A program made the position numbers and the translations under genes. From a virus: DNA of 64,000 bases. Under the pieces are notes generated by a model. That model saw only the letters and a list, made by a program, of their open reading frames with translations. It was not told the DNA's origin and did no database searches. The stretch is taken from IMG/VR virus record IMGVR_UViG_3300049783_001127, one strand, 5' to 3'. Of the stretch, positions 10,364-20,672 are shown piece by piece (positions within the stretch are counted from its first letter, which is position 1; the number at the start of each line of letters is the position of its first letter).

Positions 10364-12358
10364 TTAAAATAAACTTAGTTGTTGAACTCTAGATCCAGCA
10401 ATGTTTTCTATCTCTTTATAAATAGCTTGACTATAGTATTGTTCATTAACACCATAGTCTTTCCATTCCTTTTCTTCAAACTTATTCATGACTGTCATTA
10501 GCCATTTACCTGATTCTACTTGTATCTCTCTTCCATCTGTATTATGACACTTGATTATTTTAACTCCATCTTCTGTAATAAAGTATCTAACAGTAGGTTG
10601 TAATTTATTAGTTACAAACTCACCTTTAACTATAGTACGTTCTTCAAAGTTCCAAGCTCCTTTTATCTTCTTGCCAATACAGTAATCAAAAATATTTTGG
10701 TTACTAGCAAGATGTCTCTCAGGAGATATGTCATGTACAAAGAAATCATACAAGGCCTTAGGAATAACCAAGGCACTCTTATTCTTATGTAATGCTAGGT
10801 TATTAAATTCAAATCTTCCTTTACACTTTACATCAGCGTGATAATGTTTACCATCATCTATCTGTACTAAGGCGTGTGGACTGTCATCTAAGATCTTGTT
10901 GTACTTCTCTTTAGATACTTCTTGAAATTTATTAATAGCAATATAGTTGTTAACATCAGCAAGTATCAGTTTTTGATACTCATCATGTTCTAGGACTAGC
11001 TTAGTTAGTTTTTCCCATTCTGCGCATATCTTGAGATACTTCTCAACATATTCTGTGGGGATTATGGTCTCAAGACCATCAGTGTTTATTAACAAAGACA
11101 CAGCCCCTGGAATTTGTTCCATTATCATCTCATACAACATCATCAGACTAAGTTGTCCGTTGATAGTTATCTGCATAGTAAATTGCGGATCATATAGGAA
11201 AGAGTGTTTATCATTTGATAAGCCATATGTACTATTAAGTATAATTTTATACACATAGTTTCTTGGATCTGACTTTGGGATTTTAAGCCTTTCATCATAG
11301 AACCATTCATACAACTCACAAAAGATCTCTCTAGGTAAATGTGCTGGAGACCACCCATTGCGGATAGCAAGGTTAGGGTAATAACTCTTAACATCAGATG
11401 ACATAATAGTCATTCCATCTGTAGCCTCATAAACACCACTCCTCCTAGCACCATGTACTCCTCCTAGACCAAAGTCAATCTTCATACCTCTGTCTTTAAC
11501 AGTGTACTTCAGACTTCCTTTGGTATTGAGGGGATCTATAGTAGTAGTCCTAAATTTTTCAAGTAAGTTTTGTAATAGAGGAGTATCAAACTTAATATAG
11601 GGTAATAATATTTCCCTAGCTAAGATTAAGTTCCTCTTTGTTCTAGCATACTTGATATCATTTTTCTTCCAGCCAGTTTTCTGTACAAGGAAATGTAGAA
11701 ACAGTTCCTTAGAAATTTTTGGCTCAGAAGCACTATACAAGTTTATTCCATATTCTTGAGTTAAAGTTTTACGTAAACTTATTTGATCTTTACTCAAATA
11801 CAATATGGCTTCAGTAGATAACACATCATTAATACAATAACCAATGATATCATTTATCTCAGCCATTGTCTTAATGTATGTTGTGTGATGAATGGGCATG
11901 TCCTGCAGATTGTGCCAATCCATTGAGAACTGTATCCATTTAAGAGATGATCTCTTAGCTGGATTATCCCAATGGTTTAATTTGAATACATCTATCTGTG
12001 GAATGCACATATTACCCTCATAAAAATCTAGCCAATCTCTGTTCTGAGTTCTAGATATAGTGTCTTGGGCAATCTTATAAATCTCACTTGCCATTTGACA
12101 TCCTGATAAGTGATTCCAATAACCCTCTTTTTTGAGGACATGTTCAGTCACTTGGGCGTCAAACCCTAGACCATTGTAAGAGATGTGTCTCTCACCTAGA
12201 TCTATGTTCTCATGCAAGAACTTTATAAACTCCGTGTAGTCATTCCTCAGATCATGTATAACAAATACCTTAATTAAATCTTTTTTGTAGTGTTTAAAAA
12301 CAGCCACAAAAGTGTTAGATAAGGTCTCGTAATCCATTACCCAGTGATTCATACACAA
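10364..12358 (-). CDS. Family B DNA polymerase with 3'-5' exonuclease domain (compact, 664 aa)
   Basis: Exo I VMDYETL, Exo II YNGLGFD, pol motif A DVKSYYPNLAI (DxxSLYPS-like), motif B KIILNSTYGLSN (KxxxNSxYG), motif C-like NTDGL. Confidence 0.75.
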   Translation of the reverse strand: MCMNHWVMDYETLSNTFVAVFKHYKKDLIKVFVIHDLRNDYTEFIKFLHENIDLGERHISYNGLGFDAQVTEHVLKKEGYWNHLSGCQMASEIYKIAQDTISRTQNRDWLDFYEGNMCIPQIDVFKLNHWDNPAKRSSLKWIQFSMDWHNLQDMPIHHTTYIKTMAEINDIIGYCINDVLSTEAILYLSKDQISLRKTLTQEYGINLYSASEPKISKELFLHFLVQKTGWKKNDIKYARTKRNLILAREILLPYIKFDTPLLQNLLEKFRTTTIDPLNTKGSLKYTVKDRGMKIDFGLGGVHGARRSGVYEATDGMTIMSSDVKSYYPNLAIRNGWSPAHLPREIFCELYEWFYDERLKIPKSDPRNYVYKIILNSTYGLSNDKHSFLYDPQFTMQITINGQLSLMMLYEMIMEQIPGAVSLLINTDGLETIIPTEYVEKYLKICAEWEKLTKLVLEHDEYQKLILADVNNYIAINKFQEVSKEKYNKILDDSPHALVQIDDGKHYHADVKCKGRFEFNNLALHKNKSALVIPKALYDFFVHDISPERHLASNQNIFDYCIGKKIKGAWNFEERTIVKGEFVTNKLQPTVRYFITEDGVKIIKCHNTDGREIQVESGKWLMTVMNKFEEKEWKDYGVNEQYYSQAIYKEIENIAGSRVQQLSLF

Positions 12359-12375
12359 ATGTTTTTAGCCAAAAA

Positions 12376-12396
12376 AAGCAGGGATCAACCTGCTTC
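12376..12396 (-). terminator. Hairpin terminator downstream of 12414..12842
   Basis: GCAGG-gatcaa-CCTGC flanked by an A-run on the plus strand (a U-run in the minus-strand RNA). Confidence 0.5.
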
Positions 12397-12413
12397 TAAT
12401 GGGGAGATTAGTA

Positions 12414-12842
12414 TTATTTCTCTAGTATCAATTTAGGACCTGTTGCAACCTTAGTTGCATCTTCCATAGTAGCCATGTTCAATGATTTCTCATAATCAAA
12501 TTCTTCATGGTTTACTGCAAATTTTTGAATGAAGCTTTTAACCTCTTCTTTATCAGTAATGTAATACTCAGAATAACTTTCTTGTGTTACTCTTTGTTGT
12601 CTTGTTTCATTAGGTTGATTTTTGATTGTTGAAGGTTTTCCATTATCATCCAATCTTGGAATCATGTGGAAGGTATCCTTCTTAGTCTTTCCAATAATAG
12701 CTAATGTTTTAGCCATTGGATTGTACAAACACTCAATGAAAGGGCATTCATTACTGATTGGCATCATTGTAAATGATTTCATTTTAGCCCACTCTCCGGT
12801 AGCTAACATCATTGACGGCTCAGGCCAGTTTATTTTTGACAT
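12414..12842 (-). CDS. Hypothetical protein
   Basis: 142-aa ORF, no recognisable motif. Confidence 0.45.
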   Translation of the reverse strand: MSKINWPEPSMMLATGEWAKMKSFTMMPISNECPFIECLYNPMAKTLAIIGKTKKDTFHMIPRLDDNGKPSTIKNQPNETRQQRVTQESYSEYYITDKEEVKSFIQKFAVNHEEFDYEKSLNMATMEDATKVATGPKLILEK

Positions 12843-12877
12843 ATTGTTTTGTTGATTTGTTTTAACAAACGTACATA

Positions 12878-13462
12878 TTAATTCTGAAGATCCAAAATCT
12901 TAACCTCACTTTTTAGAGTTTCTAGCTCAAAATTTGGTTTAGAACACAATTCACCTACATCTTGTAGTAGATTTATCATTCCTAATTGATCTTCCTTAGA
13001 AGCTAGCATTTGAGCATAACTTTCATAGTACTTTTCCGGATATAAGTAACTTTCTATAAATGAATAGTTAGCTGAACTTTGTCCATAAAAGTCTTTAATA
13101 TTGTCTTTTAATCTTTGTGATATTTTAGAGTATCTACCATTAACAACATGACCAAAGTCAAGTGCAAAAGGCTCAAAGTCAAATATGTACACTGCTTTGT
13201 TATCTCCAATTTCCTTGAAGTCTTCAAACAACTTGTTATTAATGAGGTGTTCTTGTTCAAAAAACATAAACTCATCATCATTGCGTAGGTGGTATACACA
13301 CACTAACTTCATATCAGCTAGTTTAACCTGCCCCTTCCAGCTGAGATAAGTCTCGACTGGTGTAACGCTGCTTCCTCTCTTATGCCCTAAGGCTGGGTGG
13401 AGAAAGACTCTTGATTTTTGAAAATAACCCTTGTAAACTTCTTTAATCTTTCTTACTGCCAT
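12878..13462 (-). CDS. Hypothetical protein
   Basis: 194-aa ORF, no recognisable motif. Confidence 0.45.
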   Translation of the reverse strand: MAVRKIKEVYKGYFQKSRVFLHPALGHKRGSSVTPVETYLSWKGQVKLADMKLVCVYHLRNDDEFMFFEQEHLINNKLFEDFKEIGDNKAVYIFDFEPFALDFGHVVNGRYSKISQRLKDNIKDFYGQSSANYSFIESYLYPEKYYESYAQMLASKEDQLGMINLLQDVGELCSKPNFELETLKSEVKILDLQN

Positions 13463-13470
13463 GGTTGTAA

Positions 13471-14511
13471 CTATAAAGCTACTTGATCCATGGCAAACTC
13501 ATATGGTAATGTGTAATCCTTATTTGTGTAGTGATACTTAGCAATTTCTAAAACTTCTTCCAATTGAGATTGCCATTCAAGTAATGATTCTTTCTTGACT
13601 GGGATTGCATATACTTGATTATACTTGTCTATCACAACAAAGTGAAATACAAACTCATAGCCTTCTGTAGACTTATGGTTTGCTCTGACAAGCCTCTCGT
13701 ATATAGCCGCTTGCATCCAATATTTATAATATTCCACACTATCTTTAAACTCTCTGAGAGTCTTCCCAGTAGTTTTCAGGTCATTTACATGTACCTTCTT
13801 GTTAGCATGATCTATTACATAATTATCAACAATTCCTTTTAATCCGAACGGGTAACCCTGTGCTTGGCACGAGAGCATCTGTTCATTATAAACTTCTAGT
13901 AGTTCAAAGCCTGACTGACCTGTTCTTAACAAGTCAATTACTCTTTTGTTTTGTTTCACTGCTGAAACGGCTTCTTTACATCTATCAAGGACTTCCTGAT
14001 CTATAACATCTTTATTACCAGATGCTTTTAGATATTCAAAGTAGTCCAGGCTTTTAGCATCTAACATCTTACCAAGGCGCTTCAAATCCCCGGTTTTTGC
14101 ATCTACTTTTGTGAGATCTTTATCATCTCCCAATTTTTGATGTAAGTTATTATCTACTAACCACTGTAGTATTTGATCTTTGTATGCCCGCAGATCATTA
14201 GCGGGTTTGCCTCCATCTTTCCATTCCTTGTACATAGCATGAACAAGTTTTTTATTACTTACACCTGGTAAAGAACCAGGCATTACAATAAATTGCTTGT
14301 CAAACATACCTTCTTCAAGAATAAGACAATGGATAACCTTTCCTTCTACTAGGTAGGATTCAAGGCTATCCTTTCTCTCTTTCCGTACGTACCAGTTATA
14401 AAATAAGGGTGCCGAATGTAGTAACTTATTCAAACTTGAATAGCTAAACATAAAATAGTTAGAGTAAAATTTCTCTAAAGGATCTTGTGCTGTTAAGATT
14501 GTTCCTATCAT
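13471..14511 (-). CDS. PD-(D/E)XK nuclease, RecB/Cas4/lambda-exonuclease-like
   Basis: IVDNYVID ... VNDLKT (D..D/ExK core) followed by a QAAIY (QxxxY) motif typical of RecB-family nucleases. Confidence 0.5.
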   Translation of the reverse strand: MIGTILTAQDPLEKFYSNYFMFSYSSLNKLLHSAPLFYNWYVRKERKDSLESYLVEGKVIHCLILEEGMFDKQFIVMPGSLPGVSNKKLVHAMYKEWKDGGKPANDLRAYKDQILQWLVDNNLHQKLGDDKDLTKVDAKTGDLKRLGKMLDAKSLDYFEYLKASGNKDVIDQEVLDRCKEAVSAVKQNKRVIDLLRTGQSGFELLEVYNEQMLSCQAQGYPFGLKGIVDNYVIDHANKKVHVNDLKTTGKTLREFKDSVEYYKYWMQAAIYERLVRANHKSTEGYEFVFHFVVIDKYNQVYAIPVKKESLLEWQSQLEEVLEIAKYHYTNKDYTLPYEFAMDQVAL

Positions 14512-14525
14512 TCTTCTTTTCCTTT

Positions 14526-15671
14526 TTAATTGGGTTGTGTAATTTCTAGTCTCTTTAACATGTAATTTTTCACATCTTCAGATACTGTTATTGAGTTGAT
14601 TTTGAAATGTTTAGTGTTGAACTTGTCTTGCATTACATGCTTGACTCCTTCTGCTACTTCTTTCACAATTTCCATTGTAAGCTCTTCTTTGTCCATTAAA
14701 CACTGAATGATATCATCTACTGTTAAGTTGTCCCAATTTGGGAGAGCAAGATACTTAAGTAAACTTTTAAAGTTTACATGTTTATGTTCTTTCAAAGATA
14801 CAATAATTGGTGAAAATTCCTGTAACAAAAGCAATAAAAAGTGTAGTGAGGGCTTCACGTTACAATTACTCATAATTGATAATGCCATCATTTGATCCTC
14901 TCTATTGGTACTTTTGAACATTGTTTTGATTTGCTTATACATCTCTTGATCTATAATAGCAGAATCTTCATTGACACTCCCTATTAAGGACTTCTCAGAG
15001 TATATCTTACTTTTTGGATCAAAGATTTCATTAAGTTTAAGTAGATCTGCTTCTTCTACATACTTTACAGTCACCCAACTGTTAAACTGACTGCCTGGTA
15101 TTTGACCAGTTAAGCTTTTAAAGCCATAGTCTTCAGCTTTATGTAGCGGAGTCCCTATACCACGGTGTTTAGATATATTACCTAAACCATTATAATTGTA
15201 TCCTCCACGTATATTATTTTTATTAATGTATACAACTGAATTTCCTGTTGCTTTTATAGCATTCTTGAGTTCTACTAATTCTGTTGTGAACGGATAGTTT
15301 TGATCTAACCATGTGCAATATACATCAGCTTTTTCAGTCACACTATAAATTCCATATTTAACACATTCTCTAATTGTTTTTACACCAGCTATAATATGTG
15401 TTGCCTTGTCTGAATTATTAGTTATTGAGACATCTTTATCTTTACCCCATGATCTTACTTTGTACCTAGGTACGTCACATCCGGGATAGAAATACAGTTT
15501 GTCTTTAGCAGTTGGTATGTATTCTTTAAGGTCCAACTGTATAACACTAAAGTCCTTAATATCATCAGTCTCAAATACATTAATAGTCTTGTACTTGAAA
15601 GATGTATTGGGATCATTAGGTTTTTCAATCTGGTCAATCCAGATAGCCTTTTTGTAATTAGCTAGATTCAT
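14526..15671 (-). CDS. Hypothetical protein
   Basis: 381-aa ORF. Confidence 0.5.
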   Translation of the reverse strand: MNLANYKKAIWIDQIEKPNDPNTSFKYKTINVFETDDIKDFSVIQLDLKEYIPTAKDKLYFYPGCDVPRYKVRSWGKDKDVSITNNSDKATHIIAGVKTIRECVKYGIYSVTEKADVYCTWLDQNYPFTTELVELKNAIKATGNSVVYINKNNIRGGYNYNGLGNISKHRGIGTPLHKAEDYGFKSLTGQIPGSQFNSWVTVKYVEEADLLKLNEIFDPKSKIYSEKSLIGSVNEDSAIIDQEMYKQIKTMFKSTNREDQMMALSIMSNCNVKPSLHFLLLLLQEFSPIIVSLKEHKHVNFKSLLKYLALPNWDNLTVDDIIQCLMDKEELTMEIVKEVAEGVKHVMQDKFNTKHFKINSITVSEDVKNYMLKRLEITQPN

Positions 15672-16767
15672 CTTTTTCTGCTTTAAATTCTACTTCTTTC
15701 CATTTGTCTAACAGTCTTACCATGATATCTCCATTATCAAGCACTTCAGTGTAATAGAAATCCTCATTAGTACATTTAACAACATGACTAGAATGATCTT
15801 CTTGTAATACAGGTATCAAGTCATCAAGAATCTTTTGACTCATGTAACCATTCTTTTTTGCATCTATAAGAAGATCTTCTTTCCGCATGTTAGAAAACTC
15901 AATCCATCTTGTTCTCTCTAAGAAATGATCTTTACTCTTAGACTTATCAGCATACCTTACATAATTTGAGAAACCTTCTGCAAGTCTCCATATGGTATAT
16001 CTGATTTCACCCCTAAGATCACAATGGAACAATAAACTCAGTCCCAACTTTCTATTAGACGTATCATTACTGTTTAGCATACTATAGATACTATTGTAAG
16101 TATACTCATCAGTAAGCTTAGCTTCAGAGTTAGCCTCATCAGCAATAGTGCTAGCAGTAACTACCTTAAGTTTTCTAGACAGTACATTATAAATTACCTC
16201 AACAGAGGCTGGAGTTAAGAAACATAGTTCTTCTCCTAACAACTGTATGTTTGGGTCTCCTATGTATCTTGCTTCAGGTCCGGATATGTAAGTATTTAAA
16301 CTTTGGTCTACCTCTTTTGGTAACTTACTGTATGTCTTGTTCATTACTAATGGATCATTCTTTACAATACTATATCCGTCACTCCAATGCATCATTGTAT
16401 GTAGAAACTTAGCTTGATCATTCCACTGGATAAATTTATGAAATTCCTCAGTCCCTGCAATCACTGTTGCAATGTTTACATTATTAGTAATGTTTGCACC
16501 TACCTTCTTAAGGTAAGACTTAATTCTTTCTGCTGCCAGTGGATGGCCAGGTAATATAAATACTTTATCACCTTTTTGTATAGAGTGTGCATCATTGCCC
16601 TCTAATATCTTCACTATACCGTTGTACGTACCATCATCCACTTTATAGATAGTACCACAGTTTCTGTCCCCATTAGGAGAGCCATAGACATAATTACAAG
16701 GCTCAGCTTTGAAACCGAGCCTTGTAATTTTAGATTCATCTATAGCATTTAATGCACTATAGCTCAT
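15658..16767 (-). CDS. Hypothetical protein
   Basis: 369-aa ORF. Confidence 0.5.
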   Translation of the reverse strand: MSYSALNAIDESKITRLGFKAEPCNYVYGSPNGDRNCGTIYKVDDGTYNGIVKILEGNDAHSIQKGDKVFILPGHPLAAERIKSYLKKVGANITNNVNIATVIAGTEEFHKFIQWNDQAKFLHTMMHWSDGYSIVKNDPLVMNKTYSKLPKEVDQSLNTYISGPEARYIGDPNIQLLGEELCFLTPASVEVIYNVLSRKLKVVTASTIADEANSEAKLTDEYTYNSIYSMLNSNDTSNRKLGLSLLFHCDLRGEIRYTIWRLAEGFSNYVRYADKSKSKDHFLERTRWIEFSNMRKEDLLIDAKKNGYMSQKILDDLIPVLQEDHSSHVVKCTNEDFYYTEVLDNGDIMVRLLDKWKEVEFKAEKDESS

Positions 16768-17978
16768 TATTTTGTAACCATTTTAACCACTTCAGGGTTC
16801 ATCATCAACTTCTCAAATTTCTTCTTGTCTCCGTTGAGGATTTCTCTTACTGCATAATACTTAAGGTCATTACCAAACATTTCCTTAGTAGTAAGCATAG
16901 TGATTCTGTCAATAACCTTTTGATCAACTGCATTTTCTTTTGCATATACAAGAGCGTAGTTAGCAAAACGTGTACATAATACACTTGCTATATCAGCTCT
17001 ATAGTTGTGATCAATTCCGATTGCCTCTTTAAGAAGTCTTTCAACTTTCTCATCAGACTTTTCAGTAAGCATCACTTCTGGTGATACCAACTTATCCAGT
17101 TTATTGTTAATGAATTGTGTGAACATAAGCGCAAACTCAGGTCCAACAGATCCTTCTCCAATCATTTGGATCATAGGTAGGTTGTTTTCAAACACATCAA
17201 AACTAGAGATAGCATTGAAGAAAGTTGTAATACTTCTTGCATTAGTCTCCTGACCTACTAGCTCAGGGTGTAACATTAAGAAGTTAATACATCTACCGTC
17301 AATATTAGCAGACTCTGCCCATTTACCCCAAGCTTTAACATCAAACTTAAGATTCACCGAGATGAATCTAGTTTTCTGAGCTGAGTCAATAGACTGAACC
17401 ATGTAATCTCCATTGTCAGGATTGGCTGTTAACACAATGTGCCAGTTCTTAGGTAACTTCCAAGAGATGTACTCCTGTCTATCAACTAATTCCATTACAG
17501 CTTGGATGAATCTTACATCCGCTCTGTTCCAGTCATCCAACAATAAGATTCCACCTTCTCCTTTTCCTGCAATCCACTCTGGTGGACAATAGCCCATTTG
17601 AGATCTACCTGTAGGACTATAACCTTTTTCTTTGTATGAGTCAACAATCATCTCATCAGCCCATTTCATGGTCCACTTTCCTTTATCAGGTCCTTCTTCT
17701 GTGTTTTGTTTGACCATTTCAAACTGTCTAACAGGATAACCAACAAGGTCACCAAGCTCTTCAATCTGTGCTAAGTTCAACTTAACATAACCCATGTTGT
17801 TGTTTGCTGCTATTTGCAACATTGTACTTGTTTTACCAATACCAGACTCTCCTACAACTTCTACAGCAACAGAAGGTTTCCCTTCTGCCTGTAGCTTTTT
17901 GTTGGTGCTGATGATGTGGTCTAAGAACCCTGACATTTCAGGGATATTTAACTCTACTTGTTTAATTTTTGTAGCCAT
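16767..17978 (-). CDS. AAA+ ATPase, MoxR/CobS-like (AAA_5 family)
   Basis: Walker A GESGIGKTS, Walker B ILLLDDWNRAD. Directly followed by a VWA protein, the classic CobS/CobT-type pairing. Confidence 0.65.
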   Translation of the reverse strand: MATKIKQVELNIPEMSGFLDHIISTNKKLQAEGKPSVAVEVVGESGIGKTSTMLQIAANNNMGYVKLNLAQIEELGDLVGYPVRQFEMVKQNTEEGPDKGKWTMKWADEMIVDSYKEKGYSPTGRSQMGYCPPEWIAGKGEGGILLLDDWNRADVRFIQAVMELVDRQEYISWKLPKNWHIVLTANPDNGDYMVQSIDSAQKTRFISVNLKFDVKAWGKWAESANIDGRCINFLMLHPELVGQETNARSITTFFNAISSFDVFENNLPMIQMIGEGSVGPEFALMFTQFINNKLDKLVSPEVMLTEKSDEKVERLLKEAIGIDHNYRADIASVLCTRFANYALVYAKENAVDQKVIDRITMLTTKEMFGNDLKYYAVREILNGDKKKFEKLMMNPEVVKMVTK

Positions 17979-19474
17979 TATAATGTTAATTTTTCAATTG
18001 ATTCTTTACTATACATAGTAAGTTCTGCATTTTGTTCACCCACATGTTGACTACCTAAAACACATACATATTTACCATCATTTTTAATACACAAATTTTT
18101 TAGTTCATAATTATCTTGATACAAACATATTGCATTAGTTTTATAAGTAAACTCATTTACTCCAATACTATCTTGTCCATCATTAATAACTAGAATTTCT
18201 GGTTTTTCTTCACGTAAGTCAACATTTAGGTTCATTAGTCTACCTAATTCAATTTCATCATGAATTCTTTTAACCATTCTTCCTACATCAGTTCCACCGC
18301 CGCCAGGCATAGTAGAGAATGTTTGCCAAAACTTAATAGCAGATTCTCTGTCTTTAATATGAGTGAACAGCATTCGGTTCGGATCACCACAGAAATAACT
18401 AAAGAAAACTTCAGCTTCTTCCTTCATTGCATGCTTAAGTCTATCAAGTAAGATAGCCAATACCCATTCTTGTTTTTGTGGACTACTCATACTTCCTGAA
18501 AAATCTAAAATCATAATGATCTTTTGCTTATGTTCCGTTTTGTCAATTGGAACATTTACAGTTAAATTCTTAGTTGCAAGTTTAATTTTAAAATCAGGGA
18601 ATAATCTTTGGTAGAGATCAACATTGAACACTTGAGAATAATCTCTCATCATCTTCTTAGATATCAGTTTAGAGTTTTGTACAACTTTTTCTGTAACTTC
18701 TTTCTCTATTTTAAACTGAGATCCTAAATTTTGAATCAAAGATATTTTGTTCAATATATTCACCTTTTTGAAATCTTGTTTTTTAAAGAAATCCATGTCT
18801 AAGAGTTCATTGTAAATAGGATCCGTAAAGGTTTGATGATCAAAATGCATCTCTTCAAGATCAGCTCTCATGTCTTCAGTAACCCTGTTTTCAGAAGTTT
18901 GACCATCTGATTTACGCTTTTTATTTTTAACAGTAAGCTCATTAAATATGGTCATGGCTTTTTCCAATGGTGTATACCCAGGAACATATTTATCCCAGAG
19001 TGACTCATAAAAAGGAGTTTTGTTATCCCTTTCACTAAGTTGCTCTTCATTCATCTTTGTTTCATCTTGATAGTTAGAATCAATGTAATTCTTATTATCC
19101 ATCATTTTATAAAAAAAGAATCTAGACATTTCCTTTATAAGGTTAATGTTTTCTCTATTTCTCATATTTGATCCCCAAGGGATACGGGATTCTATTTCAT
19201 AAGTCTTAGGTGTGAAGTAAGAATCTGGATTAGTTACAAATAACTCATCATTGTCCTCTTCTAATTCACCAATTCCTCCATAACTACCCCAGTTCCATTT
19301 AGATCCATAGTTACTTCCATAACTACCTCCATAACTACTTCCATAGCCATCTTTTTTGTAAGTGCTTTTATAACCACTTCCTGCAGTGCCATAAGAGCGG
19401 CCATAGCCGGAGTTTCCTCCGGCATTGGCTTTCTTATCTGACTTCTTATTTTTTTTCTTATATCCAATTTTCAT
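17978..19474 (-). CDS. VWA-domain protein (CobT-like) with a G/S/Y-rich low-complexity N-terminus
   Basis: MIDAS motif MILDFSGSMSS (DxSxS). N-terminal 70 aa are KKK plus (GYGS/SYG) repeats. Confidence 0.6.
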   Translation of the reverse strand: MKIGYKKKNKKSDKKANAGGNSGYGRSYGTAGSGYKSTYKKDGYGSSYGGSYGSNYGSKWNWGSYGGIGELEEDNDELFVTNPDSYFTPKTYEIESRIPWGSNMRNRENINLIKEMSRFFFYKMMDNKNYIDSNYQDETKMNEEQLSERDNKTPFYESLWDKYVPGYTPLEKAMTIFNELTVKNKKRKSDGQTSENRVTEDMRADLEEMHFDHQTFTDPIYNELLDMDFFKKQDFKKVNILNKISLIQNLGSQFKIEKEVTEKVVQNSKLISKKMMRDYSQVFNVDLYQRLFPDFKIKLATKNLTVNVPIDKTEHKQKIIMILDFSGSMSSPQKQEWVLAILLDRLKHAMKEEAEVFFSYFCGDPNRMLFTHIKDRESAIKFWQTFSTMPGGGGTDVGRMVKRIHDEIELGRLMNLNVDLREEKPEILVINDGQDSIGVNEFTYKTNAICLYQDNYELKNLCIKNDGKYVCVLGSQHVGEQNAELTMYSKESIEKLTL

Positions 19475-19486
19475 ATCAAGGACTTT

Positions 19487-20671
19487 TTAATCTTCCATGA
19501 ATGCACCTACAGTAACAGAAGTTTTTATAAACTTACGATATCTAGCTACACTTTCTTTAAATCCATCCACTTTCTTAGCAGTTGAGACAGCAAGAGAGTC
19601 ATCAGCCTTAATTGAAGCAAGATTTTTAACTTCTCTACTCATTGTTGCAATCAATGTTTCTACTGGTTCTGCTTGAGATTGATTAGTAATACCGGCATTA
19701 ATTGCATTTTTAATTGCATTTTGTAGAGTGACAAGTTTATTAACTTTTTTAGCAATTTCATCAATAGCTTTAAACTTAACTAATGCATCTTTTAAAACTT
19801 TTTCATGCGCTTTGAAATCAGCAATAAATTCAAGACAGTTTGGGCCACATTCTCTAATTAATTCAGCAGCAACAATAGCAATTCTAGGAGATATTGTGTA
19901 TCCTTTTATACCAAATGCTTCTAGTACATAAGTTAACATAGGGTCTACATTTCCAGCTCCAAACTTAGCTTCTAACAGGTGCTCATAGTTCATTCTTGTG
20001 TGATCTGTCCAACCAACTTCAAGCTCTAATGGGAAACGCTCCATCAATGCTTTCAATGAATTGTTTTTAGAGAACTCTTCTCTTGTTCTGTTAGTACAAC
20101 AGATGATATTCTTAGTCTTAATTTCAAAGACTTGGCTACCATTTCTGAAGACTCCAGATGAAAGGATATCTTTAAGTTGTTCCAAGATGAAATCAGGAGC
20201 ATCAAATAACTCTTCAAAAATCACATATTCTTGGTTCATAAAAGAGTTTTCAATTAAATACTCAATTTTACCTGATGCATTAAACTGATTAAGATCTACA
20301 CCACCAAACAATCTATCAGTTGTCATTCCTGAACCCATTGTGATAATATAAGGTGTAATTCCTCTAGCTTTCAAGTAAGCTTCTGTAAACTCAGACTTAC
20401 CATAACCACCCTTCCCATGAAGGATTACGTTTTTGTTAGTACCAACACTGATATCTAATATATCACGAGTTTTATCCATATATACAAACGAGGAAAGGTT
20501 TGCTTCCATTTCTTCTTGAGTCCCAGCTACATTTAAGTTAGCTTCTTCAACAGCTACAGACGTAGCTTCTTTCTTTTTAGCAACAGGCTTTTTCTTAGTT
20601 GCTGTTTTCTTAGTTGTAGTTTTGTTTGCTACTGTCTTTTTTGCCTCTGGGGCTTTTTTTGCTACGCTCAT
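19487..20671 (-). CDS. Second AAA+ ATPase (MoxR-like) with a lysine-rich histone-H1-like N-terminal tail
   Basis: Walker A HGKGGYGKS. N-terminus AKKAPEAKKTVANKTTTKKTATKKKPVAKKK. Confidence 0.6.
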   Translation of the reverse strand: MSVAKKAPEAKKTVANKTTTKKTATKKKPVAKKKEATSVAVEEANLNVAGTQEEMEANLSSFVYMDKTRDILDISVGTNKNVILHGKGGYGKSEFTEAYLKARGITPYIITMGSGMTTDRLFGGVDLNQFNASGKIEYLIENSFMNQEYVIFEELFDAPDFILEQLKDILSSGVFRNGSQVFEIKTKNIICCTNRTREEFSKNNSLKALMERFPLELEVGWTDHTRMNYEHLLEAKFGAGNVDPMLTYVLEAFGIKGYTISPRIAIVAAELIRECGPNCLEFIADFKAHEKVLKDALVKFKAIDEIAKKVNKLVTLQNAIKNAINAGITNQSQAEPVETLIATMSREVKNLASIKADDSLAVSTAKKVDGFKESVARYRKFIKTSVTVGAFMED

Positions 20672-20672
20672 C

